Source of the DNA: Macrostomum lignano
Lineage: Eukaryota
Assembly: GCA_002269645.1 (NCBI GenBank)
Contig: NIVC01001128.1
Span: forward strand, 215,810 to 279,809
DNA: 64,000 nucleotides
Direction of reading: 5' to 3'
The translations under genes and the position numbers were made by a program. The notes beneath the pieces were generated by a model. That model ran no database searches. It was not told the DNA's origin and saw nothing but the letters and a program-made list of their open reading frames with translations. Positions 59,420 through 64,000 of the stretch are shown piece by piece. How positions within the stretch are numbered: position 1 is the first letter of the stretch; every line of letters starts with the position of its first letter.

Positions 59420-61648
59420 TAGGATGGCAGCGGCAATGGCAGTGAGAAACAGCCTATCGGCATGGCAATGTTGGTTGAATCATTTTAATTCGGCTATAAA
59501 AGCTAAAACTTCACTATATTAGTTTATTTGGCTTATAATTATAATATAATTATTATTATCCTTAGCAAATGCAAGAGATGCAGAGGTTTTACTTTTCTAG
59601 TTTACCAATGATTAAGAAATATAGTTTTTAAGTTATATGTATATTGTAACTGAGGGGATTATTGATTCAGTTTACATATGCTCGCTGTCAATTAATTATT
59701 AATAAGCATCGCATTATCTAATTATATATTCCTAAATTTTCACTTTGATTTCCTCTGTCTGCCACTTTTACATCTTTAAGTTATGTATAATTAATGTCAA
59801 ACAATTGTTTATCAATGCTTTGCTTGTTTTGTTTATTTATGTTAATATTTTAACTTTATTCCCTTTAGCATCGATGCGAGTCAACATTATAATATTTGTC
59901 TTTTGCTTGAGCTTCAATTGCAACCACACATTCGAGTTTTGTATTAATTTATAGTTTATTTTCGCTTATTCCATTGAATTCCAATTTTTGTTAACGATTT
60001 CGATGACGAGGCTTTTTTGGTAAAATGTTTAGCATTTTATTCAGTCACAACGGTTTACTCAACGAAAATTTTCCGCTATAAGTCTGTTTTTAGTGCAGTT
60101 TTACGATTCTGTTTTTTATAGGGGGGGGGCAGTTGTTTACTGGCCAGGAAGTCTTGAAATTTGGGAATTGTTTTTCGCACTTTTAGCCCAGATAGAAGAA
60201 TTCCTGATCAGCACGACTGGATCGTATCAATCGATCGAGCAGCTTTTGAAATACTTACATCTAGTCTATTCGAATACACAGTTTCCATAATTTCATATAT
60301 ACTCATATTTGTAGTACAATCTCCTCTGTCGGATCACATTTCTTCTAATGCGCGCATATTATTTTTTAATGTTCTAATAATCATATTTTTACACCTTGCC
60401 TATCGGCACTTTTTTGTCCTTTGATGACAGGTTTTTTATAATGAAACATTCTTTATTTAGCAAACGCGTATGTTGTCTGTGATAATAATATCTTATAGGT
60501 GTTTACTTAGTTTACTATTTTATATTAACTGGCTATCAACACACAGATTTATTAGTTTGCAAAGCAATCATATCTAGATTATTCGTATGCATTATTGCAT
60601 ATTTCTAAGCTCAGTTTCTCTCCTTTCACCGATATGGAAGAGCTACCTCCGACACTGCTTTGCTTTGCTTGTCCATTCGCGTTTTCTGTTGTCAAGCAAA
60701 AAAACTTTAATATTAATATAAAAACTTTAATAATATAATCATATGCATAATTTTGCTATATTGCTGTTGACATGTGTTTCATTTTGGCTTCTGTAACTGT
60801 GCACCTGTAATTGTCCGGCACTTGAAAATTTACTGATTACTACGGTACCATTTAAATTTCTGTTCGTCCAAAATACCCGCGTAAAATATTTTTTTTGTTC
60901 ATTTTTCTGGCTTGTCACATGCATTGCACGCGAAATTCTGTATTAAAATGCTTAATAAAATATTTTATATTTAAGTTATAACTACTTTTATTATGCTTTT
61001 CTTTTCTTTGTTTACTACTAAAAAGACTAACTTTATTTACCAATAAATTCTCTTCTGTTTGCAATGTACTTTAATAAAAATCAATCATAACACTTGATAA
61101 CAAAATAACAAATATTTACTGCATTGTCTAGTTTGAACTTACAGTTCTTTACGATCCCCCGCTATCAAAGTAGTTTCTTTAGACAGAATGACAGTACAAT
61201 AATTTATTTCATTAAATCGCTTGAATCCTGCCGGCAGCGCACAACAGCAAAACAAAATTAAATATTAGAGAAATTATCAAGCCTCGATTAACGATTAATT
61301 ATGTCTGTTCGAAAAATTGCAGACAAAAACTTTCTGTTCAAGACTTGAAAAATAAATAAATTAGGGCACTGAATATAATAATAATAATACAGTACGCATT
61401 CTTATCATGCTACTTGCTGAAGACAGTAGTAGAATAAGCGAACAAATTTCAAGCTGACAGTTTTATCCTAATTAACTAATATGGTCGAATGACTCTCGGC
61501 AGAGTTGCAAACAAAGAGTAGACTATTTATTTATTTAATTAACGAAAAGGCCGTCAGCAGAGGTTGGGAAGCTAATAAAATGGAGAATAATGTTTTAGTA
61601 AAACCAAATAAAATTACCAATAGCCAGTTTAATTAGTTCTAGCCACTA

Positions 61649-63983
61649 CTACTGACTCTCGCTCAGTCGCAATTGCCGCTTAGTCCGTTGAGCGTTGCGA
61701 TTCTGTTTGAGAAATTTCTCATTCGCCTGCAGCAGGCAGCGTCGCTCAGTTTTCGACATTCGGCCGCCGCCAGGTCCGCCGCTGGTTACCTTGAGCACGG
61801 GCGGCCCCAGACCGAACACCTGGCGAACAAAACTATTCTGCTCCATATGAGTGTTGGTGCCCTGTTGCAGAACTTGGCTAAAGAAATGATACCGGATCTT
61901 CGCGGTCCAGTCGTCCAGAATGAGCACCTCGCCAGACTGTCCGAGCTTCACCTCCTGGTTGCTGAACTCGCCAGTAGTGATGTAAGCGAATATGTCCCGG
62001 AAATTGGCGCGCTGGCGGCGCCGGTCAACTTTGGCGCGACTTTTGGCGCCGTCGATAGACAACTGATGGACTGTCTCTTTGAGGTCCGGCAGGCGCGGCG
62101 GCCGGAACCCTTCGCCCTGAATGGGAATTTAAATTGACAGACAGGCGATTTTTAATGACAGGAACAGTGCGGCAGAGGTGGTGAAAATAACAAAAGATTA
62201 AGGGTGAATGAGATGAAGGGATAAAGACATGGAAGGAGGAAGACATGATAGGGAAAAGACATGGAAGGGAGGAAGACATGGAAGGGAGGAAGACATGGAA
62301 GTCAGGAAGACATGGAAGGGAAAAGACATGAAAGGGGGGGAAGACATGAAGGGAGGAAGAGATGGAAGGGAGGAAGACATGAAGGGAGGAAGACATGGAA
62401 GGGAGGAAGACATGAAGGGAGGAAGACATGGAAGGGAGGAAGAGATGAAGGGAGGAAGACATGGAAGGGAGGAAGACATGAAGGGAGGAAGACATGGAAG
62501 GGAGGAAGACATGAAGGGAGGAAGACATGGAAGGGAGGAAGAGATGGAAGGGAGGAAGACATGAAGGGAGGAAGACATGGAAGGGAGGAAGACATGGAAG
62601 GGAGGAAGACATGGAAGGGAGGAAGACATGGAAGTCAGGAAGACATGAAGGGAGGAAGACATGGAAGGGAGGAAGACATGGAAGGGAGGAAGACATGGAA
62701 GTCAGGAAGACATGGAAGTCAGGAAGACATGAAAGGGAGGAAGACATGGAAGGGAGGAAGACATGGAAGGGAGGAAGACATGAAGGGAGGAAGAAATGAA
62801 AGGGAGGAAGACATGGAAGTCAGGAAGACATGGAAGGGAGGAAGACATGAAGGGAGGAAGACATGGAAGGGAGGAAGACATGAAGGGAGGAAGACATGGA
62901 AGGGAGGAAGACATGAAGGGAGGAAGACATGGAAGGGAGGAAGACATGAAGGGAGGAAGACATGAAGGGAGGAAGACATGAAGGGGGAAGACATGAGGAG
63001 GGAAGACACGAATGGGGGACAAAGGAAGCGAGTGCCAGCTAACCTGAGTGTCCCAGGCGCCCTCATAGATAAGAGCGATGGCTTGACCAGCCAGAAATTC
63101 GCAAATCGCAATCGACATCGCCGCTCTCCAGAATCTCAGTGAATTTACGCATCTGCTTTTGCAGAGCGCTCGCACCAGGTCCTGCCCGGCGCGAAGGTGA
63201 ACAGCAGGCACCAGGCGTCAATAGCGGACTCGTGCAGGTCGCAAACTTCCGAAGAATGAACTGGCACACTGCCGTCGCCTTTATGACCGGAAGCGGAGAA
63301 AATCGCTTCGAAATTGGCCAACATCTCGCTTAGCCGGCCGCTGTCAGTCTGCGGGCTAACAAAAGTGCCAAGAGCCAGGGCGCTGCAGGCGGCCGCTCGG
63401 ACGCGAAGCTCGGCGCCGCTCTGTCGGTGAGAATGTTCAACAGCAGCCTGCTTGAACTCCGCCATGTCCTGGGTCAGCTCGTCGGCGTCCAGCTGAAGGC
63501 ACAGCAGGCTGAATGCGTCGATGGCCAGCACCCGTTCGATGCCTTGGCCTTTGCGGGCGCATCGCTCCAGGCCGCTGGTGAGGGTGAACAGGTGGCTCCA
63601 GGTGGGCGGCAGGTGTAATACGCTGCAGCGGAGCAGCGACACCATGGCTGCAGGGGTTGAGTAGGGGATAATTACTGTTGATGGCTGAGTTCAACCAGTA
63701 GTGTACTGAGGATCTGGGAGGCTGGCCCACTAACTGGGGATCTGGGAGGCTGGCCCAGCAACTGAGGATCTGGGAGGCTGACTTAGCAACTGAGGATCTG
63801 GGAGGCTGGCTTAGCAACTGAGGATCTGGGAGACTGGCTTAGCAACTGAGGATCTGGGAGACTGGCTTAGCAACTGAGGATCTGGGAGGCTGGTCCAACA
63901 ACTGAAGATCTAAGAGGCTGGCCCAGCTACTGAGGATTTAGAAGCATCATCACCCTGAGCAGGCGGCAAGCAGCCAGTCGCAC
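61649..63983 (-). CDS. IFRD1: Interferon-related developmental regulator (IFRD1/2-like), 5' part outside the window; penultimate exon carries two apparent +1 frameshifts
   Basis: Last exon 62116-61649 (AKVDRRRQRANFRDI, EVLILDDW, VRQVFGLGP). Exon 63647-63044 (LERCARKG, SLLCLQL, VRAAACSALALGTF, SAIDAWCLL, ESGDVD..LRI/AGQAIALIYE). A probable further small exon lies at 63983-63954 (VRLAACRLLR); its phase is not resolved. Confidence 0.82.
62225..63005. repeat. ~19-20-bp purine-rich minisatellite (GGAAGACATGGAAGGGAGG), last IFRD intron
   Basis: Tandem units; source of the spurious ORFs at 62025-63211. Confidence 0.96.
63700..63935. repeat. Family A minisatellite (reverse on +, sense to IFRD), IFRD intron
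   Basis: GCAACTGAGGATCTGGGAGGCTGGC units. Confidence 0.93.
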
Positions 63984-64000
63984 CTGTAAGAGTTTTAATC

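Overview
Eukaryotic (metazoan) genomic DNA with spliceosomal GT-AG introns. Its style (GC-rich exons with polyQ/G/A, almost every intron filled with its own minisatellite) suggests a flatworm such as Macrostomum; this is an inference, not shown by the sequence. Six protein-coding genes can be assembled exon by exon with consistent phases: KNTC1/ROD (+, 15 exons, ~2121 aa), an LCAD/IVD-type acyl-CoA dehydrogenase (+), WDR37 (+), RPL4 (-), CaMK1 (+) and a 5'-incomplete IFRD (-) carrying two apparent frameshifts. Most long ORFs in the supplied track are artefacts of tandem repeats. The most notable element is in KNTC1 intron 6: a frameshifted fragment of a dsRNA toti-like virus RdRp (motifs B-E), abutting a Penelope-like RT fragment and a Bel/Pao remnant, all antisense to the host gene. 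Also present are a young 5'-truncated LOA/R1-group LINE inserted into a minisatellite with a 7-bp TSD, a MITE with an 8-bp TSD, and about 30 tandem arrays.
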